A stretch of DNA of 64,000 nt, from assembly GCA_904063045.1 (NCBI GenBank), contig CAJFCJ010000031.1:283105-347104 (forward strand). Reading direction: 5' to 3'. Shown one piece after another: positions 47,294 to 58,872 of the stretch; position 1 is the stretch's first letter; every line of letters starts with the position of its first letter. The notes under the pieces were generated by a model that was not told the origin of the DNA, made no database searches, and saw only the letters and a list, made by a program, of their open reading frames with translations. The position numbers and the translations under genes are program-made. The DNA comes from Dimorphilus gyrociliatus (taxonomy: Eukaryota > Animalia > Annelida).

Positions 47294-49035
47294 AATTTCA
47301 CAAAATGGGATAGGAATAGTATTTAAAAAAATAATAATTATAATGACAAGAGTTATTAAAAATGAATATTATAATATTATTAATATAGTGGTGAAATATG
47401 TATATATTAAAAATAGATTGCTATATATCTTATACGTATATACAGTATTATACGTGTGCATGTCCGTATATTGAATTTGCAATCTAATTTCTTAATTGGA
47501 AAAGGGAAGAAGAAAGGTAGAGAGGAAAGAAAAGAAATTTTGTTTATCATTTATAACAGCTAGATTGATATTTATGTATACTGTATCAAAATAAGATAAA
47601 GGTAAATTTGTTCTTCCTTTTCCTTTTCCCCTCCGCGTTGCCGTTTAATTTTTCTATATAGTTTTGTTTACTTGTAATAATAATAATAATCATAATAATA
47701 ATAATAGTAAGTATAATTCTGGTAATATGGGAATGTAGTGAATTTACTTGTTCGAATTAATAATAATTCTCTGGAATTTACTCAAATGAAATATATCGAT
47801 ATATAGAATATATAAATAAATAAATATGTATATATATTCTATACTGAATAAAATAAATAACATACAAACAGGTTGAATAATGTATTGTGTATTAGATATT
47901 GTCAACGAAAACAACATTATAAACATTCGCCTGCAGCCAGATGGCGTTGGAGCCGAGAAAAAAGTCATCAGCATAATTAATGCGCGCACGTTTGGAAAAT
48001 TAGTTGAAGCAGAAAAGATTAACCTTAAACCTAAAAGTAGTGAAGACTTTAATCGAAAATCGTCTTAAAGCCTTGCATACTTTTAGACGAAAGGCGAATA
48101 GAGGCTATTAGAAAGCGTTGTTTTGTTTACATTTTAAAAGAAATGTTAAAGCATTCAGAACACACAAATTAGACGTATATACGTCAATCAGAAGCGTTCA
48201 GCAAACTAGGCGGATTAAGGTGAATTTTGAATGAAGTTGCGTGCGTTCGCTTCATTCTCAAAGTAATTTCCTTTTTCAATTAAAACGAAAAGCGTTTTTC
48301 TCTCGACGCCAGGATGTACATCTCTGCGTTCAACTGCAAAATAGTCTGAACGTTTAGATGTACACACCGGAGAAGAGAAGTTATTTCGTTTTCAATATGA
48401 CGTATTGATACAAATATATACTTTTTCATATATATAATACATTCATAAATATATGTATAAATCTCCATATTTATATGAATATATATATATATATATATAT
48501 GTATGTATATACCGTATATAAATGTGTAAATATCTACTAAAAGCATCCTAGATATATACGTGTATCTAAATAGGCAACTATAAAAAGCCAAATATAATTT
48601 TTCAGGTTCAATCTTGTCTTCTCTTCGTCACTTCTATTAGAAAATTCAAAAGCTTCTTTTACAACTTCTGTTCGTGCACGCCTGTTTTGAATAAGGATGT
48701 TGAATTATTGAAAATTTCTCGTTCATAATTATGCTTCGTCACTCAATAAATAATGAAAAACTTGGAGGAAGAGGTAAAAGAGAAGGTACCGGTAGGGGGA
48801 GAGAAGGAAGGGGGCGGGTATAGAAGCGGGATTAAAAATTTTAAAAAAAGGGGAGGAGACAAAGAGTAAGAGATTAACGATAAAAATGGGGAGATATTTT
48901 TCCGAAGGCAAGAAACTATGCCAGAAGGTAAGGAGGGGCGCAAGGGGATGATTAAATTTATAAAGGTAGACTGTAAATTATGAATGAACGAGGAAAAGAC
49001 ACGAAAAGGGCAATAAAAAGAGTAAGGAAACAATT

Positions 49036-49095
49036 GGAAGAAGAAAAGAAGGAGAAGAAGAAGAAGAAGAAGCGGAAGAAGAGGAAGAAGACGGG
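49036..49095. repeat. (GAA)n purine-rich microsatellite
   Basis: gaagaagaaaagaaggagaagaagaagaagaagaagcggaagaagaggaagaag. It creates the low-complexity 182-aa minus-strand ORF 48743-49291, which I reject as a gene. Confidence 0.9.
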
Positions 49096-49464
49096 GAATA
49101 TATACGTAAAGTATATATATATATATATGGGAATATATCGAAAGGAAGAAAATTATAAGGTTAACAACAAAAATATATAATAAAGAAATAGGATTATACC
49201 AATACAAATAAAATTGACCGACCGCGCAAAATTCAAACGCGTTAATCAGGAGTTTTTTTCTCTGCATTAAAAGCGTTGTGCGCGCCGTCACGCTCTACTG
49301 CAACGGAAAGTCAGGAGTGAATGATATACGTTTCGCAAAAGGCGAAACGACGCAAAAACGCCTTTTTACATAATCGATAAGTAGCAGGTAACTGGAACGT
49401 CAATGTTCAGTTTGAACAAGACTTCTGTTTGTCTTGTTTGACAAGAACGATTTTTTCTTCACCG

Positions 49465-49466
<2 letters not shown>

Positions 49467-49502
<36 letters not shown>

Positions 49503-49510
49503 CATATATA

Positions 49511-49545
<35 letters not shown>
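49467..49545. repeat. (TA)n microsatellite (two blocks)
   Basis: 49467-49498 and 49513-49545 are pure TA runs. Confidence 0.95.
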
Positions 49546-49548
<3 letters not shown>

Positions 49549-51854
49549 CGGTACACCAATACACTGTATATGAAAATATGAAAAAAAAGTTGGAGAAAGA
49601 GTTGACGTAATTGTTGTCTGCTTACTTAATTAGATTATACAATTAAAGAAAAGTTTAAAGAAATACCATAATAAAGTATTATAGGCGTTGAAGAGTCGTC
49701 TTCGGAGGTTGGCAATTGAATGAATAAAAGTTGCAAGCCAAAACTCGCTATATATAAGAAGATTTGCGGTTGAATGCAACTAACTACACGTTAATCTACG
49801 TGTCCTAACTTGAAGAGAGAAGGGAGTATAAGTTAAAGAAAGAATGTTTAAATACTTACGAAAGCATGAACGGTTGTAGTTTAAATATACGCACCTCCTC
49901 CTCGGCCGAAAATCCCCGACTGGCCGTCCAGAAGTAAACGCACGGTTTTAGCGCCATATCACCTTGACAACGCCGGTAAACATTGCCATATTCTCTCCCC
50001 TTCCCCCTCCCCCCTCACCGCTACTTCTTCAAATGCCCTGAACGATTAATATGCAAATGCGTAAACCGGCGACGTGCACGAACTCGTTCGTTGGCTGTCC
50101 GGAGTGCGGCGTTCAAAGCGTCACCCGACAGTATAGCGTCGCTTTTTGGCGCCTATACGTGTTCGGGCCGATCGAAGGCGGCTGGAAAACGAGCATTGAC
50201 AATAATGAATTAGTGATTAGGGCGGTCGCCTAATTGTTCTCTACATTCTTATCAACTAACAATAGATCGTTTGATTCAACTTTATACAGGTCGCAATGGA
50301 ATTCGATATTCTTTGTTACCCCATTTTATTATTATTACTATTATTTCTCCTCTCTTTTCGTATTCTCTATTGTTTATAACAGAATGGCGACCTCCGCTGA
50401 CTAGTCTAATAATTCATAACTCTGATCAAACTTTACTATATTCCCTTTTCCCTAAAGCGCCGTCAATCGTTGATCAATAATAGAAATTTCAATTCTTTTA
50501 CTTAAAGCTTCTACCTTCTACTCTTTCTGTCAATCGATATGCGTTCAATTGATCGGAACGCGAACTGCATTCAAACTGCCTCGCTACGCCAATCAATTTT
50601 CGTTCAAGCACCATTCGACTCGATCGAAGACAATGGATTAAATCGCAATTTTCTCGTTCACTCTTTTTTTTCTTTCTTGCTTTATTTATTCTTTCTGTCT
50701 ATCTATCTTCAACCTTTATAATACATATTTATGTATCAGTTGCGTTCGCGCAGTTCTTACTACTTGATTATTAATTAGTGGCGCATAAATTATTGCTTAT
50801 AATACTACAATATGCGACAACGAAGCTTTTGTTAGTTTATATATAAGATATTTATACAAATATCAATTTTTTAAAAGATATGTATTATTGTAAAAATGAA
50901 AGAATGAATTACACTCCCCAAATCTTCAAAATTGCACACAAACTTAGGTCTATTCCTTTCAAATCAGCTCAGAATAAGATTTAATCCCTAATCATCTGCT
51001 TGTACTTGTATGTGCGCTATACTCGTTTATAGGTATATAATCCGTTTATAAAACTGTTCAAAACTCTATAAATTACGATATGTGTATGTACATAAGAAAG
51101 AAAAACTGCAATTGAATTGACGTCCTGCAGCGCAACCGCACTCAGTCCGCTAAAACTGCAATCAATTTCACATTTCAAAATGAAATTTCCTCTACTATTA
51201 TACAAAGGCTTCATCAACATAACAATAAATCATTGATTCGACTTCGACTAGCTCTAATGCTACTTATATACTGTTCAAAATTTTTTCTCCTTTTACTCAT
51301 TCTCTTAGCCCCATTTTACCCCTTACTTCTCTTAATTCTATATATTGCGGTCTAGTACAAGCATATTATACGACACAGGCTTATTGTTCAACTTAAGAAG
51401 ATTTCTATTGAATTTTTATTGCCTGTTCAAACCGTTTCGTAGTTTCAATCTATAATAAAAGTGACGACCTATGGCGCGTAGGGTGCAAAATCAATGCAAG
51501 TTTTTGCAGTTGCCAAGCGCCTTTTAACAGTTTTTTTTAAACGGACTAAGGTGTATAATTACTAATTAACATAAACCGTCGATTAAACGACCGTCGTTGA
51601 CGCGTTATATTGAAGAGATGATATGCCCCCGCAAGGTAACGACAATCATTTAGGCCTACTGAAACAAAAAAAAGCATTCTTTTCAGAATAACTAATGAAA
51701 TTACTAACGCCACCTATAATCTATCTAATAAACTACTAACTTCCGGCAAATTACACTAAGCAAAATTGCTCGCTTGATAAGGTAAACGCATACATTATTT
51801 CCCTAATGTTGATAATTTTATTCTTGATCTTATAAAATAAGATATCGAAAAGTG

Positions 51855-53117
51855 ATGGACCAAGTTATAGAAACGTTTAAAAAGGCAGACTGCGTGTGTT
51901 TCGATGTAGATTCGACCGTTTGTACAGACGAGGGAGCTGATGAACTTGCGGCTTTTATGGGAGTGGGTGAACAGGTTGCTAACCTGTTAGTATTTTCTAA
52001 TTATATATATTAAGAACCTTTCCTTTAAATATAGCTCGCAATTAGTTGATAAAATGTAATAAATACAAATATAAAATCCAGCACAAACCAGGCTATGGGT
52101 GGCTCAATGACATTTCGAGAATCTTTAGAAAAAAGACTAGATATTATGAAACCTGATAGGAGCACTTTACAGAAATTCGTTACATCTCGACCCCCTTCAT
52201 TAACTAGCGGGATTAAGTAAGTAAATAAAATATGCACAGCTATAAATACTTTATGGAACGAACTAAAAGAATATTCTTCATGTTGAATAAGAATTCTTTT
52301 TTTTTCTCCATCTATTTTGTCTATCAATCGTATAATCTTTGATGATATTTTAACTTATTTACGCGTTCTACGACTCATAAATACGCTTTTTCCTCCAATA
52401 AAAAGGGCATTTTAAATTGGCAACGATTCGAGTGGAACAATAGTATGAAAAGATTGTAACAAAAAAAAATTATGAAATATTGACATTAATCCATCAAATA
52501 TTAATCAACCAGATAGACAATTTCTGAATATTAACAACAATAAAAAAATCTTAGGAGCTTAGCTTATATATAAAATTCAATCACAAAAGGATAATTATTA
52601 AAGGGAATTGGTGAAACGATTGCAAGACAAGCAAGTGGTTGTATATCTTGTTTCTGGTGGATTCAAGACCATAATTGAGCCTGTAGCCGATTCTTTGTTA
52701 ATACCAAGAGAGAATATTATAGCGAATGAATTTATTTTCAATGATGACGGTAAGAGTTTTGTTTTAATTGATATCCTACTTTATGTTATAGCAGCTATTT
52801 AACTTGTAGGAAGCTATAAGGACTTTGATAGAAATGCACCAACAAGCGCTTCCGGTGGAAAATGTCGAGTTATTGAACAGTTAAAGGCATCCTATTCAAC
52901 TATTGTACATATTGGCGATGGTGTAACAGATATGGAAGCCTCTCCACCTGCTGTATGTATAGCAAACAGCATTCTAAGATATTTACATTAACAAATTTTT
53001 TATTCTTAAAAATAGGACGCGTTCATTGGCTTTGGAGGTAATAAAGTACGTGAAGCTGTTAAAAAAGAATCCAAGTGGTTCGTCATGTCATTCGATGAAC
53101 TCTTGAAAGTTTTATGA
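51855..53117 (+). CDS. PSPH: Phosphoserine phosphatase (PSPH, HAD family), 5 exons (51855-51986, 52078-52217, 52601-52750, 52808-52955, 53016-53117)
   Basis: MDQVIETFKKADCVCFDVDSTVCTDEGADELAAFMGVGEQVANL|TNQAMGGSMTFRESLEKRLDIMKPDRSTLQKFVTSRPPSLTSGIK|ELVKRLQDKQVVVYLVSGGFKTIIEPVADSLLIPRENIIANEFIFNDDG|SYKDFDRNAPTSASGGKCRVIEQLKASYSTIVHIGDGVTDMEASPPA|DAFIGFGGNKVREAVKKESKWFVMSFDELLKVL*. Collinear with human PSPH (..ADAVCFDVDSTVIREEGIDELA..RRAMGGAVPFKAALTERLALIQPSREQVQRL..VFLISGGFRSIVEHVASKLNIP..IMIGDGATDMEACPPADAFIGFGGNVIRQQVKDNAKWYITDFVELL). Confidence 0.9.
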
Positions 53118-53594
53118 CCAAATAGAGATAATAACTAGATTAAAGAGTTACTTTTACAAAATAAAAAGCATGGTAAAGTCATAGAAAACATTAATAGAAA
53201 TTCGCAATAAAAAGTAATACATTAAAAATTAATAACAGATATCTTTTTTAATTGTTTGATTAATACGTTATCGATTAATTTTTACGGTAAACTTTTTTCT
53301 TCTTTATCGTCTGCAAAATGAGTATTGTAAATTATTGATATAGAAAAGGTATAGCAGCGCCACACGGTGTTTTCTTGGTGCTTAGATACGCGACAACTGT
53401 CAGAAACAACTTATTTTTTTGAAGTACCATGTTGACATAATTGTTAACGGTAGTAGTTATATCTCGAAAAAAGGAACTTTTTAACTATTAATGAACAATT
53501 AGGTTAGTTTTTTCATAATAGATTGATTAAATTACATTTCTTATTTTAAAAAAAGTATATTTTACAGGGAATTTGACTCTAATTATAACAGAAA

Positions 53595-54999
53595 ATGCAG
53601 TATAGATTTAAACCGGACGTTAGAAAAGAATGTACGTACGGTTGGTACCCTTCAGTATCACCTTTCAGGCGTACTAGACCTTTTGGAACACCACGTAATA
53701 TATTTTATATTTTAAATATAATTTTCTCCTTGTTTACAATGGACATTTTATTGTTAAACAGTCTCTGAAAAAAGCGATCAGTCAAGATCCGCATCGGTTA
53801 TGCTGGGAATATCTGGTGTGAAATGTCCACAATTTAAAAGAACGCCTCAAAGTACGAGAGAAAGAGCATCATCCGCTCAGCAGATGACGTAAGATAATTA
53901 TTTCCGCTATTTAAATAGTAAAATTACGAGAATATTGTCAAGTATGAACAATGAGTAAACAAACCTCTCCATCATTTACCAGCTGTCAAAGCTTTTATTA
54001 TGATTAAGTATGTTATTGAACTGCGCGAAAGAGCTGATCGGTTGTAATAAGCGACGTGGATGAATTGAGTTAATAGAACTAATCCTTTATAATGTTTTTC
54101 CCTTTAATACTTATTAATAGATTTAATAGAAAATATTTTTTAATTAAAGTCCAAAGCCACCAGAAGGACTAAAGAATGCGTGGCAACAGACTTCAGAAAG
54201 ACAAACGCCTATTTCGGCTTTGTCGAACTCATCAGTTGAAATTCCGTCGCCAAAAGTCGGCTCTCCGCTATCATTTGCTGAGCGGAGACCTGAAAGAATA
54301 AGAAGTGCTTGTACTATTGAAAGACCAAGAGTTCAAATTCAAAGGAATATTCAGTCTGCAGGAACATCAAGGAATTCAACAGTAGATGGTAGATGTGCAC
54401 CAACACCTCCGTGTATATCATCAACAGAAGGGCTTATTAAAGAGGAAAAAGAGGAAGGTGAGGTCGTTTTAGATTATGATGAACAGTTGAAAAAGCATGG
54501 ATGGAAAATGGAAATTCCTGGAGATCCTTTTCACTTAAAGTAAGCTTAGAAAGCTCAATTGTTTACTTTCAAAACATTGGTTCGTTGTCGGCTTGTTTGA
54601 AGAAATTCAAAACAAGCTTTTGTAATTCATAAAATGTTTTTAGAAATGATCAATACTTTGCATTTGCTGCCAGTATTATATATGATTATGACAATTATTA
54701 TCGCGTTGTCAAGGCTACAATTTCCCTTTTCAATAACAGGCGACGATGCATACCGAAAAGGGCCCCTTATACTCAAGTTGTTAGTGAAGCTGAAGTTCCT
54801 CCTGAACCTCCAAAAACATTTGCAGAGAACAAGGAGACTTTCTTTTATAATACAATACCCAGAAAGCCAATGTCCTACACTGTGTATCCCGGATGGCCGT
54901 CCGAAACGTTCCTCGCTAAACGTCAAAAGTTACAACAGAAAGAAGGAGGGATGAATTATCGTTATAGAAATTTTAGTTTTATCTACTAATAGAGATGCT
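53595..54999 (+). CDS. Hypothetical Ser/Pro-rich protein, 4 exons (about 53595-53631, 53770-53887, 54151-54541, 54741-54999); no family assigned
   Basis: The model is built from strong splice signals: a GTACGT donor after MQYRFKPDVRKE, 'aaacag' and 'taaag' acceptors, GTAAGA and GTAAGC donors. Frame is preserved across all junctions: ..F SEKSDQSRSASVMLGISGVKCPQFKRTPQSTRE..QQMT | PKPPEGLKNAWQQTSERQTPISALSNSSVEIPSPKVGSPLSFAERRPERIRSACTIERPRVQIQRN..DYDEQLKKHGWKMEIPGDPFHLK | RRCIPKRAPYTQVVSEAEVPPEPPKTFAENKETFFYNTIPRKPMSYTVYPGWPSETFLAKRQKLQQKEGGMNYRYRNFSFIY*. The 5' exon assignment is the least certain part. Confidence 0.4.
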
Positions 55000-55204
55000 A
55001 AGCGAAAAACATCTTTACGCCTATATTTACTCTGCAATAGAACGCTTTTTTTCCATGTCATTTTCTGCAGGTTGAATAAATTACTCTCTTTTTGTATTCA
55101 GATTGAAATTCCATTCTCAATATTTGACATGAAAAAAATATTTTTCTCTTTAAAATGACTAGCAACGATGCTAATGCAGTTTGTCACGTTTACAGAAAAA
55201 GTCG

Positions 55205-58090
55205 TTACTGCTGAGCATGGTAACTGCTGGCCATGGCTGAATAATTCTGCATCTGATAAGGTACCATAGTATTCAGAGTTTGGGAGGCCGCGTTAGGTCC
55301 AGCCGCATTAGGGAGTTGTATATTTACAGCAGGTGGCGCGGCCGCAGCAGCTGCAGCGGCGGGGTAATGCACATAGAGATGCGGCGCCTGCGGTGTGGAC
55401 GTTGGGTAAGTATAATGAGGCGGAGATGCTTGAGCACAAGTAACAGTCGTTCCGTATGGTAACATGACAACGTTGGGATGTTGAATTGATTGACTTGGTG
55501 GCAGTAGAGTACTCTGATGCTGATGAGGAGCCATATGGGCGGGAGGCATCGGTACAACATTGGTTGGGTTGTTTTGCCATTGCGTATAGTACTGAGCATT
55601 CTGATGCATTTGTACAATCGGTGGTCCTGTTAAAGAACCAGGCAAAGAATCAGTGTTGCTTACTACAGCTGCAGCAGTAGGAGTCTGTTGAACGGATACA
55701 TTTGGTTGTGCCGTTGGAGGCCGTAAGTTGTTTGCATTGGGTGTTGCTCCATTTCCTTGAATGGACACGGTAGCTATGATGAAATAAACGAAAAAAGGAT
55801 TTATAAAAGGGATTAGATAAGCAGTTCTTTTGTTTAACTCTTGTCAAGCTTAGTTAGTGAAAAGTTGGCGGTTAAGTCTGCGAAGAGAAATATAAATAAA
55901 AGCTGCTTTACAATAAATTATTATTAACATAACATTGTTTCTTCAACTTTGCTAAGCCAAGGATTATTAAAAAAAAAACTCAAATTCCTAACCCTCGCTC
56001 AGAGACAATAAGGATAGAATAGCTCTTGAACGCATTATTAAAGGAATATAAGAGTGGTTAAATTCCTTTTTCCTAGCTTCAGTTTTAAGTAAAAACAGCG
56101 AAACATGAGGTGATAGAAAAAAAATTGATTAGAAAATAAATTTACCTCTTTTCGGTTGGTTTTGTTGAGGATACCGGTTTTGAACTTGATGAGGGGTTTG
56201 TGCCGTGATTGGTTGAAACGGCTGCATTACTGGCGCATGAGCGTAAACTGGTGAAGTTTGAGAGAAATGTTGAGGCATAATAATTTGTTGTTGCCTCTGA
56301 GCTTGATGAGGAGGAGGAGGAGGAGGTTGCTGTTGTTGAACGTAAGTGTTCTGATGAGCAGTATTAACCGTCGTTGCGGCCGAACCTCTTGGAACAAAAT
56401 CTTTCGCATTAGGATTCAGCTTAAAAGTTTGGACGGTCCTTTAAGAATATAATCAAAATGATTTATGGCAATTAGTAAATTATTTATAATAATACAAACG
56501 TTTGTTTCGTAGCACCAGTGGAAGACGTAGAAGTTGTAGAGGTAGTAGCACCGTTTGTTGGAGAAGGTGACTTTGAAGGTTTTGTGTTGCTGCTGCGCTC
56601 TTCGCTTTCCTTAGATAAATGGGGTATATTGAGTTTGTCTTGGAAAATCTTAAGATCCTTTATTGTGTCCTCCTTCGACGCTGGTGCTGAACGTTTGGTA
56701 TCCTTTCGCTTCTCTTCAACTGTCTTATTATTTGTCGCTTTCAGAGGTGGCTCCTCTGTTGAAGCTCTTTCGGGAGTCGAAGTCGGCTTTTCTTCTCCAC
56801 TTGTGCTTCCTTTCGCTTTTTTCGAAGTATTTGAACTCTCTGCAAGAAATCACGTGGTTTTATAATATTACAAAAAAAAACATTTTTTAAAAAAAAATAC
56901 TTACGTCTGCGATGAGGCGGAAGATATCTATCTGGTTGAGGACGATGAACAGCACTATATTTGGCTTCCTCTTCACCATCGTCGTCGTCGGCGGCACTTT
57001 TACCATTAATGTCGCTTTGTTTCGTATTTTCAATTTCTTTCGCAATTTTTTCGGCTTTAGCCTGAAGTTCCAGACCTTCCTCGCTTTCGTCTTTTACAAG
57101 TTCCGTTGTATAAGCTAACATAGACGGGTCGAAAGTCGAACCAACATTAAACAATTTACTATTCGTCTGGAACATATCGTCGGGGTTCCATCCAGTGCTT
57201 TTAGTATTTTCTAATGTCATATCATCTCCTATTTCCTCCTCTCCATCAAAATAGTCGACAAATTGACGTTCTTCAGTTTGTCCATTATAGGACTGATGTA
57301 TTTCTTGGTCAGTTTGGAAACTCTCCACCATTAGAGGACGAATTTCATTTTTCTGTTCCAAGTCATTATCTATAGCCTCCAAAGATATAACGTCTTTACG
57401 AGCGAATATTATTTCGGAGCTAATGCGATTACTATGAACACCATAACTGCCACAAGGTTTAGACTCTTCATCCTGATCCAGTCTATGTGGGACTTTCAGG
57501 ACAACTTTACCCTCAGGTGAGAGAGTCTCCAAAACGCCTTCGTATATGCAGTTATCACTTGTATAGGCACGAACAAAGCGACCCAAAAGGGTTCCCAGCA
57601 CTTTAGACACGTCGGAAGAAGCGTATATTCCTTCCGCCACGCTCGCCATTTCTTCTCGTTCTTCGCTGCTAAAGTCACCGTCCCTTTCTGTGTTATTTCT
57701 GTTTTTAAACATCTCTTCCTCAAGTTGTTTGGAGTCTTTAGCGTCCTCAGCTCGAGGCATAGGTAGAAGAGCGTTAGGACTGCAATAAGAATACCAATCT
57801 ATAATATCCATCGTTTAGAATTGTGAAGCACGTGCTTTACAAGCGGATATGCAATGCACGTTGTTCTTTGAGTATGTTTATTACACCGGCATATAGTACT
57901 CAAATTAATTAAAAGTGTTTTTGAAATTTTGAATTAAATCTCGCAGATCTAACATATTTTCAATCACATAAATGTTCAATAAAATTAAGAATGGTAAAAA
58001 ATTTTATAATAAGTAAGATTACCTAACATAGGTAGATGCTAGCGGTAATTTCTTCTTTCCTTTAGTGGTGCATGAGGTTGGCGAGGCCAT
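55205..58090 (-). CDS. ATXN2: Ataxin-2 homolog (Lsm, LsmAD, PAM2, Q/P/A-rich C-terminus), multi-exon (exon 1 at 58090-58040; main exon about 57800-56905; PAM2 exon about 56440-56170; last exon 55768-55205)
   Basis: MASPTSCTTKGKKKLPLASTYV|..SPNALLPMPRAED.. Lsm domain: ..VLGTLLGRFVRAYTSDNCIYEGVLETLSPEGKVVLKVPH (compare ataxin-2 LTSVVGSKCEVQVKNGGIYEGVFKTYSPKCDLVLDAAH). LsmAD: ..TGWNPDDMFQTNSKLFNVGSTFDPSMLAYTTELVKDESEEGLELQAKAEKIAKEIEN..EEEAKYSAVHR (compare NGWDPNDMFRYNEENYGVVSTYDSSLSSYTVPLERDNSEEFLKREARANQLAEEIES..EEEKYTAVQR). PAM2 motif KLNPNAKDFVP on the minus strand near 56380-56415. The C-terminal exon is Q/P-rich with polyalanine runs (AAAAAAAPP). Confidence 0.88.
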
Positions 58091-58439
58091 TGTTTTGTAA
58101 AACTCTTCCTAGATATGGCTTAAGCTGCAATCGCAACAACAAGCAAGCTTAATTTAAAGAAATTCTTAATCATTTAATTTAAAGCTAGAGTCTTACCCTG
58201 ATTTAAGTTTCATAAAACCGAAATATGTTTGAAAAACCGCTAACGATCAAGAAAGTAGCGACCAGTTAAAGATGTCGGCCAGCATATTGTATTAATGCGC
58301 GGTGTTAACGTATGTTCTAAAAAATAAAGTCTATTTTCGTTTATAAGTCTTGTATAAATTTTAAACATTTTTTTTTTTGGTAAGGTTAATTTTAAAAATA
58401 GCAATAGCAAATAGTTACGAACTATATTCTTAAATTTCT

Positions 58440-58872
58440 ATTTATCAATCAATACCAGATGACTCTTACGAATAAACTCGTCCGGTACATTTTCGGAACT
58501 CTGGACTCGTCCATCTATTCCTATACCGGTCAGCTATTGAATTACCAAACCGATTTTTCCTGTAGCCAATCAAAATCGATTTAAAGCATGGAAAATTCAT
58601 AAGAAGTCGACGGTGATTGGACCACTCCTAGAGCCGGTGTTGTCATGTCGTCCAATATACAATATACAGTAATGTATTAGAGGAATATTGGTATTGTATA
58701 AAATTTAGCTCAAGTTAATTATTACTCTTTAATTGAATTCTCAACCAGTGATCTTCAATATTTGTAAGTAAATTAATCTTTCTCTATTAAAATAGATCTT
58801 TAAATAAACAAAATTTTAATGATTTTCTTCGAAAACTTTATATACATGATCAGCTTAAAATATCTACACGAG
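58440..58872. promoter_or_regulatory. Bidirectional promoter between ataxin-2 (-) and ELOVL (+) with paired CCAAT boxes
   Basis: 'AGCCAATCAaaatcg' (about 58565-58573) and 'GGTGATTGGacc' (about 58613-58621) are CCAAT and ATTGG in inverted orientation about 45 bp apart. The two genes start 450 bp and 250 bp away on either side. Confidence 0.45.

Noticed and set aside
48743-49291. 182-aa minus-strand ORF (Leu/Pro/Phe-rich) plus the overlapping 66-aa plus-strand Lys/Glu-rich ORF
   Set aside because: Both are direct translations of the (GAA)n/(CTT)n microsatellite and flanking low-complexity sequence. There are no splice signals, no start context and no domain. They are compositional artefacts.
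52025-52327. 100-aa minus-strand ORF
   Set aside because: It spans PSPH intron 2 and exon 2 antisense. PSPH on the plus strand is strongly supported.
54634-54954. 106-aa plus-strand ORF (..TGDDAYRKGPLILKLLVKLKFLL..) overlapping the last exon of the 53595-54999 gene
   Set aside because: It is out of frame relative to the splice phase set by the upstream GTAAGC donor (carry AA). The +1 frame (..KRRCIPKRAPYTQVV..) is the one continuous with the preceding exon.
55280-55680. Four overlapping ORFs (60-97 aa) on both strands
   Set aside because: They are produced by the low-complexity GC-rich polyAla/Pro/Gln coding of the ataxin-2 terminal exon. Only the 187-aa minus-strand frame continues the ataxin-2 protein.
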